Positions 28,813-36,884 of a DNA stretch of 41,948 bases are shown one piece after another. How positions within the stretch are numbered: the first letter of the stretch is position 1; each line of letters opens with the position of its first letter. The translations under genes and the position numbers were made by a program. Location of the stretch: the NCBI GenBank assembly GCA_022704925.1, contig JAKJFK010000001.1, positions 1-41,948 of the forward strand, written 5' to 3'. The notes beneath the pieces were generated by a model. It was not told where the DNA came from, searched no databases, and was given only the letters and a program-made list of their open reading frames with translations. The DNA is from a candidate division TA06 bacterium. GTDB lineage: Bacteria > Ratteibacteria > UBA8468 > MWAK01.

Positions 28813-29577
28813 TCAGACGGCCGCGGCCGCCTTCAGCTGTTGGATGAACCGGTCCGGTTTCCGGGCCTGGATGACGTTGCGGCCGAAGACCAGCCCGGCG
28901 GCGCCGGCCCGGAAGGCATTGCGGGCCAGGGCCAGGGCGTCGGCCTCGTTTTTGAACTTGGCCCCGCCGAGGGCGAAGACCGGGATCGGCACCCCGGCGA
29001 CCACCTCGTTGAAGCGCGGGCCGGTGTAGTAGGTTTTGATCAGGTCGGCGCCCAGCTCCCAGGCGATCCGGATCGCCTCCTTGATGTGCCGGTGCAGGCG
29101 TTCGGTCTCGGTGAGGGGGATGAGCGGAATGACCTCCCCGACGAGCGGCAGGCCGGCCCGTTCCTTCTGGCGGGCGATCTTGGTGAAGACCCTGACGTTC
29201 TCGGCGTCGGTCTTTTCGCAGCCGCTCTGGAGGGTCAGGTTGGCCAGGACCAGGTCGGCGCCCAGCGCCAGGGCCTCTTCGGCCTCCAGGGTCGGGTGGG
29301 TGTGGGCCTCCCGGTATTGCCAGGGCATGCAGAGGGCGGTCGTCCAGTTGACCCGGAGGATCAGCGAGGGGCCCTCCTTCCGGTAGAAGACCGGCTTGAC
29401 GCGCGAAAGCACGAAGGGACTCATCAGGATGGCGTCGGCCGAGGCGACCTGGCGGGCGGTTTCAGCCAGGTCGACCAGGCCGGGAATGGGACCGAAGTAC
29501 TGGCCATGGTCGATGGCCACCACGATCGGCTTGCCGTTCGAGAAAAGGCGGGCGGTTCGGATTTCCTTTCCGGTCAT
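28813..29577 (-). CDS. class I aldolase, DhnA/FbaB/LsrF (DeoC/LacD superfamily) type
   Basis: IVVAIDHGQYFGPIPGL, ADLIKTYYTG (Schiff-base Lys context), PVFALGGAK, about 254 aa. Confidence 0.8.
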   Translation of the reverse strand: MTGKEIRTARLFSNGKPIVVAIDHGQYFGPIPGLVDLAETARQVASADAILMSPFVLSRVKPVFYRKEGPSLILRVNWTTALCMPWQYREAHTHPTLEAEEALALGADLVLANLTLQSGCEKTDAENVRVFTKIARQKERAGLPLVGEVIPLIPLTETERLHRHIKEAIRIAWELGADLIKTYYTGPRFNEVVAGVPIPVFALGGAKFKNEADALALARNAFRAGAAGLVFGRNVIQARKPDRFIQQLKAAAAV

Positions 29578-30350
29578 TTTCCCTCCGTGAGGATGATTTT
29601 CAACCCGGCCCGCCGCAGGCGGCTCAATTCCCGCGGGTCGGCGCCCCGGTCGGTGATCAGGCAGTCGATCTTCTTAAGCGTGCCGTAAGGGATGAGCGTT
29701 GTGCGGCCGATCTTGCTGCGGTCGGCCAGCACCACCACCACTTGGCTGATCCGCATGGCGGTCTCCTCGATCCGGGCCGAGTCGACGTCGGTGGTGGTCA
29801 GGCCGTCGGCGGCGGTCAGGCCGTCGATGCCCAGGAAGGCCTTGTTGAGATGAAACTTTTCCAGCTCGGCCAGGACGGCCGGGCTGAAGAAATCGAGCAG
29901 CTCCCGGCGCAGGAAGCCGCCGAGCAGGAAGATCTTCAGGCTTTGATTGCGCTGGAGTTCGCCGGCGGCCGGCAGCGAGTTGGTGACCACGGTGAAGGTC
30001 CGGTCGGTCCGGCCGATGAGCCGGGCCATTTCCCGGGCGGTGGTGCCGGAGTCCAGGAAGATGGTGTCCCCCTCTTTCAGCAGGGCCAGGGCGCGCCGGG
30101 CGATGGCTGCCTTGGCCGCCCGGTTCCGCTCGGCCTTGCGCGGGAAGAGAAATTCGTCCGGAATGTCCTGACGGACCGCCCCGCCGTAGGTGCGGACCAG
30201 GAAACCGGTCTTCTCCAGGCGTTCCAGATCGCGGCGGATCGTGGCCGTGGAAGCGCCGGTCCGGCGGACCAGCGCCGCCACCGAAACCAGGTTTTCCTCT
30301 TCCAGCGCCCGGCGGATCAGGTCGGTCCGGCGCAGTTGGCCGATGCCCAT
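29574..30350 (-). CDS. DeoR-family transcriptional regulator
   Basis: N-terminal HTH VSVAALVRRTGASTATIRRDLERLEKTG and a C-terminal DeoR sugar-phosphate sensor domain (FLDSGTT..., AFLGIDG). ATGA overlap with the downstream aldolase gene. Confidence 0.9.
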   Translation of the reverse strand: MGIGQLRRTDLIRRALEEENLVSVAALVRRTGASTATIRRDLERLEKTGFLVRTYGGAVRQDIPDEFLFPRKAERNRAAKAAIARRALALLKEGDTIFLDSGTTAREMARLIGRTDRTFTVVTNSLPAAGELQRNQSLKIFLLGGFLRRELLDFFSPAVLAELEKFHLNKAFLGIDGLTAADGLTTTDVDSARIEETAMRISQVVVVLADRSKIGRTTLIPYGTLKKIDCLITDRGADPRELSRLRRAGLKIILTEGK

Positions 30351-30361
30351 ATGGATTATAT

Positions 30362-30390
30362 TATTATCTTTTTGTTTGTTTTATGTCAAG
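30362..30390 (-). promoter_or_regulatory. candidate promoter of the DeoR operon, TTGACA-17-TAATAA (minus strand), start codon only about 10 nt downstream
   Basis: Read on the minus strand as TTGACAtaaaacaaacaaaaagaTAATAAtataatccatATG. There is no Shine-Dalgarno-like sequence before the ATG at 30350, so the mRNA may be leaderless or nearly so. Confidence 0.4.
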
Positions 30391-30391
30391 T

Positions 30392-30410
30392 TTTGATTGA
30401 TTTTGATTGT
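30392..30410. repeat. tandem direct repeat TTTTGATTG-A-TTTTGATTG immediately upstream of the -35 of the DeoR operon promoter
   Basis: A perfect 9-mer is repeated with 10-nt phasing (30392-30400 and 30402-30410). Confidence 0.6.
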
Positions 30411-30451
30411 TTGGCAAACCGGCCCGTTTCGGCCGGGAGTGAGCCTTGTTT

Positions 30452-31441
30452 TCAGCCGGCGGCCCGGCGGCACCAGCCGGCCAGGCGGACGAGATAGTCG
30501 CGGTATTCGGCCAGGGAGACGCCCGGGGGTGTCTGGTGGTCCACGCCGGGAACGTAGCCGCCCCCGGCCATGACCGGTCGGAGGCGTTCGAACTCGGCCT
30601 CCACGGCCGCCTCACCCCGGTTGAGGACCATCTTGTCGAAGGCGCCGATGAATCGGTGGCGTGGATGGCGCCGGCGCAGCTCGACGATGTCCACGCCGGC
30701 CTGGTGCTCCAGGGGCAGGAAGGCATCCACGCCGGTCGGCGCGAACCACTCCAGCAGGGGGCCGATCTGGCCGTCGGAGTCGATTACCGCCGGCCAGCCG
30801 AACTCCTTCAGGCGGGGGACGATGCGCCGGTAGTAGGGGGAAATGAACTCGTCGAAGGTCTTGCGGGAGAGCATCGGGCCGTGGTTGTACGACATGTCCT
30901 CGCTGAAGAGGACCAGTTCCGGGCGGATTGTTTGCCGGGCCGCCTCGAGGATCCGGAGGTGGTAATCGGCGAGGTCCTCGATTATCAGGCGCATCGCCTC
31001 CGGGTGATCGTAGAAGGCGTAGAGGTGGGCCTCGATGCCGAAGAGTATGCGCGGAAACCAGAAGGGGCCCTCGAGGATCAGGCCGGTGACGATGTCGCGG
31101 TTTCGCTGGGCGTCGGCCGCTTCGGCCAGCCAGGCGGTGGCCTGGCCGGTGCCGGGGTAGAGGAAGTCCTTGAGGCGCCGGTAGCCTTCCAGGTCGGCGA
31201 TCAGCCGGTCCGCTTTTTCGAGCTGGCCGTACTCGGGGCGCATGGCGCTGAGTTTCCTTATCTGGAAACGGTCCAGTCCGAACCAGTCCTGGATCGCGAC
31301 CACGGCGGTAAGCTCGGCCGGCAACCCCTCGGTCCGCCAGCGCTTGATGGTCTGGTCCCACCAGGGGGCCCACTCGACCACCGGCAGCCGGTCGACCGGC
31401 TGGAATTCGAACGTCCGGGTAAAGCGTTCGCGGTTGGTCAT
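30452..31441 (-). CDS. URO-D family protein, paralog 4
   Basis: MTNRERF...PVDRLP, VIDSDGQIGPLL, GGYVPGVDHQTPPGV. Same subtype as the paralogs at 9830 and 39105. Confidence 0.8.
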   Translation of the reverse strand: MTNRERFTRTFEFQPVDRLPVVEWAPWWDQTIKRWRTEGLPAELTAVVAIQDWFGLDRFQIRKLSAMRPEYGQLEKADRLIADLEGYRRLKDFLYPGTGQATAWLAEAADAQRNRDIVTGLILEGPFWFPRILFGIEAHLYAFYDHPEAMRLIIEDLADYHLRILEAARQTIRPELVLFSEDMSYNHGPMLSRKTFDEFISPYYRRIVPRLKEFGWPAVIDSDGQIGPLLEWFAPTGVDAFLPLEHQAGVDIVELRRRHPRHRFIGAFDKMVLNRGEAAVEAEFERLRPVMAGGGYVPGVDHQTPPGVSLAEYRDYLVRLAGWCRRAAG

Positions 31442-31448
31442 CGGCCGA

Positions 31449-32879
31449 TCATCCTTTCACCAGTTCGCGGGGGAAGATGGTGTCCAACCCCAGGATTCCG
31501 GCCGGGTCGAGGACCTTCTTGACCGCCACCATCTGGGCGATGCCCTCCCGGCCGTACATGAGTTCCAGCCACTGGTACTTGATTTTGCCGATCCCGTGCT
31601 CGGCGGCGATGGTGCCTCCCAGCGCGATGACCTTGAGGGCCGCCTCCCGGTAGAGACCGTAGGCCTCCTCCCGTTCGGCCTCGTTCTTCGGGAAGAAGTT
31701 GAAGTGGAGGTGATTCTCGCCGATGTGGCCGAAGAGGACCGTCTCCAGATGGCGGTTGGCGGAACGCATCTCCTGGTAAAAGCGGTAGAGCTCGTGGAAG
31801 TGGCGGCCCGGCACGGCGAAATCAAGCGAGACCTTGAGCGACTTGATGGTTTTGAAGTAGTTGTTGATGTTCTCCGGGAGCCGGTGACGGAAGCCGATCA
31901 GCTTTTCGTAGGCGGCCGGGTCGGCCCCGACCCAGGTATCGACCAGCGGGTACTTCTCCAGGATCTCCAGCCAGGTTTCCAGTTCGCCGGCCAGACCCTC
32001 GACGTAGAAGGCGAACCGGGCTTCGGCCGGGATCTGGGGGAAATCCTGGACCAGGAAGTCCAGGCTGTGCCGGTCGAAATACTCCAGGGAGAGGGTTTCG
32101 AGTTTCCGCTGACCGCGGATCTCCTCCAGCAGCGGCAGCATTCGTGCCTCGTCGGAGAGGAAGAGAAGCATGATCATGCGCGGCGGCAGGGCCGGGATCA
32201 GTTTCACCTCGACCTCGGTGAAGACGGCCAGCGTGCCTTCCGAGCCGATGAAGAGGTCGATGGCGTCCAGGCCCGGGCGCGAGAAGTAACCGGCCGAGCA
32301 CTTGATTTCCGGCGTGCGGTAGTCGGGGATCCGGATCACCTTGTTCCCGATTTCCAGACGGCCGTTGGCATCGGCCCTGACCTCGCCCCGGCGCAGGTCG
32401 ATCACCTCGCCGTCGGAGAGGACCAGGCGCAGGCGGTTTACGTACTGGCGGGTCGGTCCGAAGCGGTAACTGTACTCGCCGGAGGCGTTGGTGGAGACAT
32501 TGCCGGAGATCATGGCCGTGCGTTCGGTGGGGAAGGGCGGATAGAAGCGGCCGACCCGGTCGATCGCCGCCAGGAACTTCTCGACCACCACGCCGGCCTG
32601 GAGAGAGGCCCGCTGCGCGGCTGGATCGATCGTCAGGATGCGGTCGAGCCGTTCCACTGAAATGATGCGGCCGCCGACCGGGATGCGGCCGGCCACGGTC
32701 CCGGTGCCGCCGGCCGAGATGGTGAGCGGCTGTCCGGCCTCACTGCATTCCGTCAGCACCCGGACAACTTCGGATTCGTTTTCAGGCAGATAGAGACCGT
32801 CGGCCGCGCCCCGGCGGAAGTTGGAACTGTCCTCCAGGTAGCCGGCGATTTCTTCCGGAGCGTTCTTATAGATTATCAT
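31449..32879 (-). CDS. FAD-linked oxidase (GlcD/D-lactate dehydrogenase-like, FAD_binding_4 plus C-terminal oxidase domain)
   Basis: LTISAGGTGTVAGRIP, GSEGTLAVFTEVEVKL, GGTIAAEHGIGKIK, about 476 aa. Its stop lies 7 nt before the URO-D paralog start. Confidence 0.85.
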   Translation of the reverse strand: MIIYKNAPEEIAGYLEDSSNFRRGAADGLYLPENESEVVRVLTECSEAGQPLTISAGGTGTVAGRIPVGGRIISVERLDRILTIDPAAQRASLQAGVVVEKFLAAIDRVGRFYPPFPTERTAMISGNVSTNASGEYSYRFGPTRQYVNRLRLVLSDGEVIDLRRGEVRADANGRLEIGNKVIRIPDYRTPEIKCSAGYFSRPGLDAIDLFIGSEGTLAVFTEVEVKLIPALPPRMIMLLFLSDEARMLPLLEEIRGQRKLETLSLEYFDRHSLDFLVQDFPQIPAEARFAFYVEGLAGELETWLEILEKYPLVDTWVGADPAAYEKLIGFRHRLPENINNYFKTIKSLKVSLDFAVPGRHFHELYRFYQEMRSANRHLETVLFGHIGENHLHFNFFPKNEAEREEAYGLYREAALKVIALGGTIAAEHGIGKIKYQWLELMYGREGIAQMVAVKKVLDPAGILGLDTIFPRELVKG

Positions 32880-32901
32880 TTTTATATTTTAACCCAAACG
32901 A

Positions 32902-32930
32902 TTGACGGAAACCAAAATTTCTGTTATCTT
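32902..32930 (+). promoter_or_regulatory. candidate promoter TTGACG-17-TATCTT
   Basis: Hexamers read directly from the divergent intergenic region between 32879 (minus-strand gene) and 32968 (plus-strand gene). Confidence 0.35.
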
Positions 32931-32934
32931 TTTT

Positions 32935-32949
32935 GCGTTGGACCAACGC
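32935..32949. promoter_or_regulatory. perfect palindrome GCGTTGG-A-CCAACGC between the putative -10 and the Shine-Dalgarno-like sequence; candidate operator
   Basis: 7-1-7 perfect dyad. A 1-nt loop is too small for an RNA hairpin, so a dimeric repressor site is more plausible. Confidence 0.4.
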
Positions 32950-32967
32950 GAAAAAGGAGATGGAGTG

Positions 32968-33951
32968 ATGATCAAGGTGGCATTGGTTGGCGCTGGTTTC
33001 ATGGGTGGCATGCATTCGGCCTGTTACCAGGCCGTCGAGGGGGCCGAACTGGCCTGGGTGGTGGACACCGACGCGGACCGGGCCGCCAAGCTGGCCGGCC
33101 GGCACGAGGCCCGTCCGACCGTTGACCTGGACGAGGCGCTGGCCGATCCGGCCGTTTCGCTGGTGGATGTCTGCCTGCCGACCGACCAGCACCCGGAGAA
33201 CGTCATCCGGGCCTGCCGGGCCGGCAAGAACGTCATCTGCGAGAAACCGATTGCCCTTACCCTGGCCGAGGCCGACCGCATGATCGCCGCCGCCCGGGAG
33301 AACCGGGTCAGGTTCATGGTGGCCATGGTGATAAGATTCTGGCCGGCTTACCAGCGGTTGACGGAAATTTACCGGAGCGGAGAACTCGGGAAACTGCAGG
33401 CCCTGACCCTGCAGCGGGTCTCTTCGCTGCCCACCTGGACCTGGAAGGATTGGATCCTCGACCGGAAGCGCAGCGGCGGCGCGGTGCTGGACATGCACAT
33501 CCACGATACCGATTTCGCCTACCACCTGCTCGGTCTTCCCCGGCAGATCGAGAGCCGGCTGGCGCCGACCAACCACGGTTTCATCTACTCGGTTTTCAGT
33601 TACCCGGGGACCACGGTGATGATCGAGGGCGGCTGGCACGAGGCCCGGAGCTGTCCTTTCTTCTCGGCCTACGAGGCGGTCTTCGAGAAAGGCGTGGTCA
33701 GTTACGACACCCGGCTGGTCCCGGACTTCACCATCTACCGGGAGGACCGGAAAGAAAACCCGGTTCTGCCCAGCCGCAAGGGGGGCGGCGACAGCGGCGG
33801 AAATATCTCCGACCTGGGCGGTTACTACAACGAGATCGCCTACCTGATCGACTGCCTCGAACGGGGCCGGGAACCCGAACTGGCCAGCGCTCAGAGCGCC
33901 CGCGAATCGCTGGCTCTGCTGCTCCAGGAGCTGGAGCAGGCCGGTCTCTGA
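32968..33951 (+). CDS. Gfo/Idh/MocA family oxidoreductase
   Basis: MIKVALVGAGFMGGMH Rossmann start, the ICEKPIALT motif, about 327 aa. AAGGAGA Shine-Dalgarno-like sequence 7 nt before ATG 32968. Confidence 0.85.
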   Translation: MIKVALVGAGFMGGMHSACYQAVEGAELAWVVDTDADRAAKLAGRHEARPTVDLDEALADPAVSLVDVCLPTDQHPENVIRACRAGKNVICEKPIALTLAEADRMIAAARENRVRFMVAMVIRFWPAYQRLTEIYRSGELGKLQALTLQRVSSLPTWTWKDWILDRKRSGGAVLDMHIHDTDFAYHLLGLPRQIESRLAPTNHGFIYSVFSYPGTTVMIEGGWHEARSCPFFSAYEAVFEKGVVSYDTRLVPDFTIYREDRKENPVLPSRKGGGDSGGNISDLGGYYNEIAYLIDCLERGREPELASAQSARESLALLLQELEQAGL

Positions 33952-34068
33952 CGCCGCCAACAAAGCTGGCCGGGCCGAAGGCGGACCGTCAAGTTTCAGG
34001 TCTCGAATTCGGACCGGAATCAGCTCTGGGAATTACCTTGAGTAATCCGGACCGAAGGCGGACCGGGA

Positions 34069-35586
34069 TCAGCGGGCAAAGGGCCGGGCGTGCCTTCCCA
34101 GGTGCTTGGCCAGGCACCGGTAGTGCTCCAGTTCCTCGGCTTCCAGGGTTCGGTAAAATTCCGTCCGGAACCGGTAGGAACCGTCTTCCGTCCGGGCGGT
34201 GAGGACCGAGCCGAAGGTTACGTGCAGCATCTGCCGGGTATGAAAATCATCGAGGGAAGCTTCCAGGTCTCCGTTTGAGAGTGCGTTCTCCGGCGGCACC
34301 CGGTCGATTTTGGCCGAGACGTGGTAGGAGGCCCGGTCGGTCTCGTAACGTTCGCGGGCGAAACGGTAGATGGCCCGATAAAGTTCCGGGTTGGTGTCGG
34401 CAATGGTCCGGACCGCCTCCAGATAGCTGGTGCCGGCCGTCTTCAGGTGAACCCTTCCTTCGGTTACCTCGGCGATCGTCGGGTAGAGGCTGAATTTATC
34501 CGAGCCGGAGTGGATGGAAATCTTGTAATTCCCGAGCTGCCGGGCCACCGCCCGGTGGCGGATCAGCTCCTTCCGGAATTCATCCAGGTTACCGATGTAG
34601 TCCACCCCTTTTTCGAAGCGGCCGACGAAGCGCGGCGCCAGGCTGACCCAGGTCACCCCGGCCCGGGCCAGTTCCGAGGCCACGAAATAATGTTCGCCGA
34701 CGGTGGTGGGCGTCAGTGTTTCGTCGACCGACATCTCGAGTTCGAAGGTGCGTCCGGCCGCGGCCGATTTCAGGGTCTGGTACATCATCACCGTGTGTTT
34801 GATGGCCCGGCCGTATTTGACGGCGGCCCGGAGCAGTTCGGTCTCCGAAAACTCCAGGCTGCTTCCGCCGGGCAGTTTTACCTTGCCGGACAGGTATGAT
34901 TTGCGCAGGCGGTCCAGGTTGAGGTCGGGCGCCTCGGCCCCCAGGCCGCGGCACTTGGAAAGCAGCGTTTCGGGGGCGTCGGTGTCGGCCTGGTTGTCAA
35001 CCTGGTCGCCGGGGTCGATCGTAAAAAGGGTGAAGCCGGCCCGCAGGCAATCGGCCAGATCGGCCGGGGTCTTGAGATGGTCGGCGTCCGAACCGAAGCC
35101 GTCGGTGTAGCCGGTCTGGAAGATGCCCCAGAGGGCCTCGTCCATGACCTGCTGCGGGTGGCGGCCGGTGCGAGCCATCTCCCGGATGGACTGCTGGGCC
35201 AGGTAAGGAAAGAGGTTGGTTCCTTCGATGGCCCGGATGTGGCCGGGCGTGGCCAGGCCGAGCCGGTCGCCCAGGCCGATCGAGGTCCGCCCTTCCGAAC
35301 GGACCGGCCGCAGGTAATCGAGGGCCTTCCGAAGCGCGGCGGCGTTGGCCGGCGTGAGTTCTCCCACCAGTATCCGGCCGGCGATCATCGTTCCTTCAAA
35401 GCCGGCCCGGCGCAGGTCAGTCTCATCCCCTTTGACCAGCAGCTGTTTCCCCTTTTCGGAACGGGCCAGCGCGTAGGTTCGCCCGGCCGTGGCCACCGTG
35501 GAATCCGGGTAGACCTCCAGGTTCGTGAACTCCGCCTGGAGTTCGGTCGTTCGGCCGGGTGCCTTCTGAAATTCAAGTTCGGCCAT
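34069..35586 (-). CDS. uxaE: tagaturonate/fructuronate epimerase (UxaE) family protein
   Basis: GLGDRLGLATPGHIRA, FGSDADHLK, FTIDP, SVDETLTPT, KISIHSGSDKFSLYP, HLKTAGTSYLEA. These match my memory of the Thermotoga UxaE family at about 500 aa. Confidence 0.75.
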   Translation of the reverse strand: MAELEFQKAPGRTTELQAEFTNLEVYPDSTVATAGRTYALARSEKGKQLLVKGDETDLRRAGFEGTMIAGRILVGELTPANAAALRKALDYLRPVRSEGRTSIGLGDRLGLATPGHIRAIEGTNLFPYLAQQSIREMARTGRHPQQVMDEALWGIFQTGYTDGFGSDADHLKTPADLADCLRAGFTLFTIDPGDQVDNQADTDAPETLLSKCRGLGAEAPDLNLDRLRKSYLSGKVKLPGGSSLEFSETELLRAAVKYGRAIKHTVMMYQTLKSAAAGRTFELEMSVDETLTPTTVGEHYFVASELARAGVTWVSLAPRFVGRFEKGVDYIGNLDEFRKELIRHRAVARQLGNYKISIHSGSDKFSLYPTIAEVTEGRVHLKTAGTSYLEAVRTIADTNPELYRAIYRFARERYETDRASYHVSAKIDRVPPENALSNGDLEASLDDFHTRQMLHVTFGSVLTARTEDGSYRFRTEFYRTLEAEELEHYRCLAKHLGRHARPFAR

Positions 35587-35596
35587 GTTGCCTCCC

Positions 35597-36841
35597 TTAG
35601 CGTTTGCGGTAGTCGGCCAGCGGAACGTGATCCTGGATGCGGATCGCCCGGCCCCTGGCGATGGAACGGTTGGCCGCCGCCCCGATCAGCATCGAGATGG
35701 CGCCCTCGTATGAACCGGCCATGTGGTTCAGGGGATCGGGCAGGTCGCCCCGGAAGAGCATCCGCCGCAGCCGGGTATCGCCGCCACCATGGCCGCCGGT
35801 GGCCTTGGGCACCTGGTAGGTGATCCGCTCGTTCCGCCGGTTGAAGAAGGTGACCGTCTGGTGCGTGCCGCCGGTGCTGTCGCCGCTCTGGTACTCGGCG
35901 ACCTCGATCCGGCCGTCGGTGCCGCTGACGCTGGCCCGGAATCCCTCGTAGGGGGAGTGGGCGACCAGCGAGTAAGTCAGCAGGGCGCCGCCGGAATACC
36001 GGACGTTCACGCTCATGCTGTCCTCGATGTCGATTTCTTCGGAGAAGACGCAGCCGTCGCGGTGGTACCCGTCATGTTTCTCCGCTTCCAGGTACATCTT
36101 GACCATTCTTTCGTTGGCGGTGAGATCGAAGTAAAACTCGCAGCTGGAACGGTGGCGGCAGGTCAGGCAGCGCTGGCCGCGTTTTTTCCGGTTCGGCCCG
36201 TAAAAGCGCAGGCTGCCGAAGGCGTTGACCACTTCCGGTTCTTCGCCCACCCACCAGTTAATGGCGTCAAAATGGTGGGTGGCCTTGTGGACCAGCAGCC
36301 CGCCGGAGTTTTCCTTGCGCCGGTGCCAGCGGCGGAAATAATCGGCGCCGTGGCGGGTGTCCAGCAGCCACTCGAAATCGACGTTGAGGATGGTGCCGAC
36401 CAGGCCGTCCCGGAGCAGTTCCCGGATCCTGGTTATGTAGGGGGTGAACCGGTAATTGAAGGTGACAATGACCTTGCGGCCGGTGCGGGCCTCGGTCTCC
36501 AGGATCTGGCGGCACTTCTCCAGGTCAACGGTCATCGGCTTCTCGGTGATCGCGTCCAGGCCGGCCTCCAGGGCCCGGATGATGTACTCGTGGTGGTACC
36601 GGTCGACCGTGGTGACGATGACCGTTTCCGGCCGGGTCTCCCGGATCATCCGGTCGTAATCGGTGTAGGTCCGGCAGTCCAGCCGGCAGAATTCCTTGAC
36701 GTAGGCGGACCGGACCGGGTTGGGGTCGAAGATGCCGACCACCTCGGCGACATCGGCGTACTCTTCCTTGAGTGGATAGGCGTACATGCCCAGGCCCCGG
36801 CCGCTGGCACCGACCAGGGCGTAGCGTTTGCGCTGCTTCAT
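35597..36841 (-). CDS. Gfo/Idh/MocA family oxidoreductase (long form)
   Basis: RYALVGASGRG Rossmann start, the ITEKPMTV motif, LVHKATHHFD, about 414 aa. Confidence 0.85.
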   Translation of the reverse strand: MKQRKRYALVGASGRGLGMYAYPLKEEYADVAEVVGIFDPNPVRSAYVKEFCRLDCRTYTDYDRMIRETRPETVIVTTVDRYHHEYIIRALEAGLDAITEKPMTVDLEKCRQILETEARTGRKVIVTFNYRFTPYITRIRELLRDGLVGTILNVDFEWLLDTRHGADYFRRWHRRKENSGGLLVHKATHHFDAINWWVGEEPEVVNAFGSLRFYGPNRKKRGQRCLTCRHRSSCEFYFDLTANERMVKMYLEAEKHDGYHRDGCVFSEEIDIEDSMSVNVRYSGGALLTYSLVAHSPYEGFRASVSGTDGRIEVAEYQSGDSTGGTHQTVTFFNRRNERITYQVPKATGGHGGGDTRLRRMLFRGDLPDPLNHMAGSYEGAISMLIGAAANRSIARGRAIRIQDHVPLADYRKR

Positions 36842-36884
36842 CCTTTTTTTCCTCGTTCCTTAGCGTGATCGGGCGCCCGCGTTT

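Noticed and set aside
27367-28813. Interpreting the aldolase, FGGY kinase and DeoR-type regulator as an lsr (AI-2 processing) locus
   Set aside because: There is no LsrG-like or LsrACDB transporter gene. The regulator is DeoR-type rather than clearly LsrR/SorC-type, and an isomerase and an aminotransferase are present instead. The resemblance is only at the family level.
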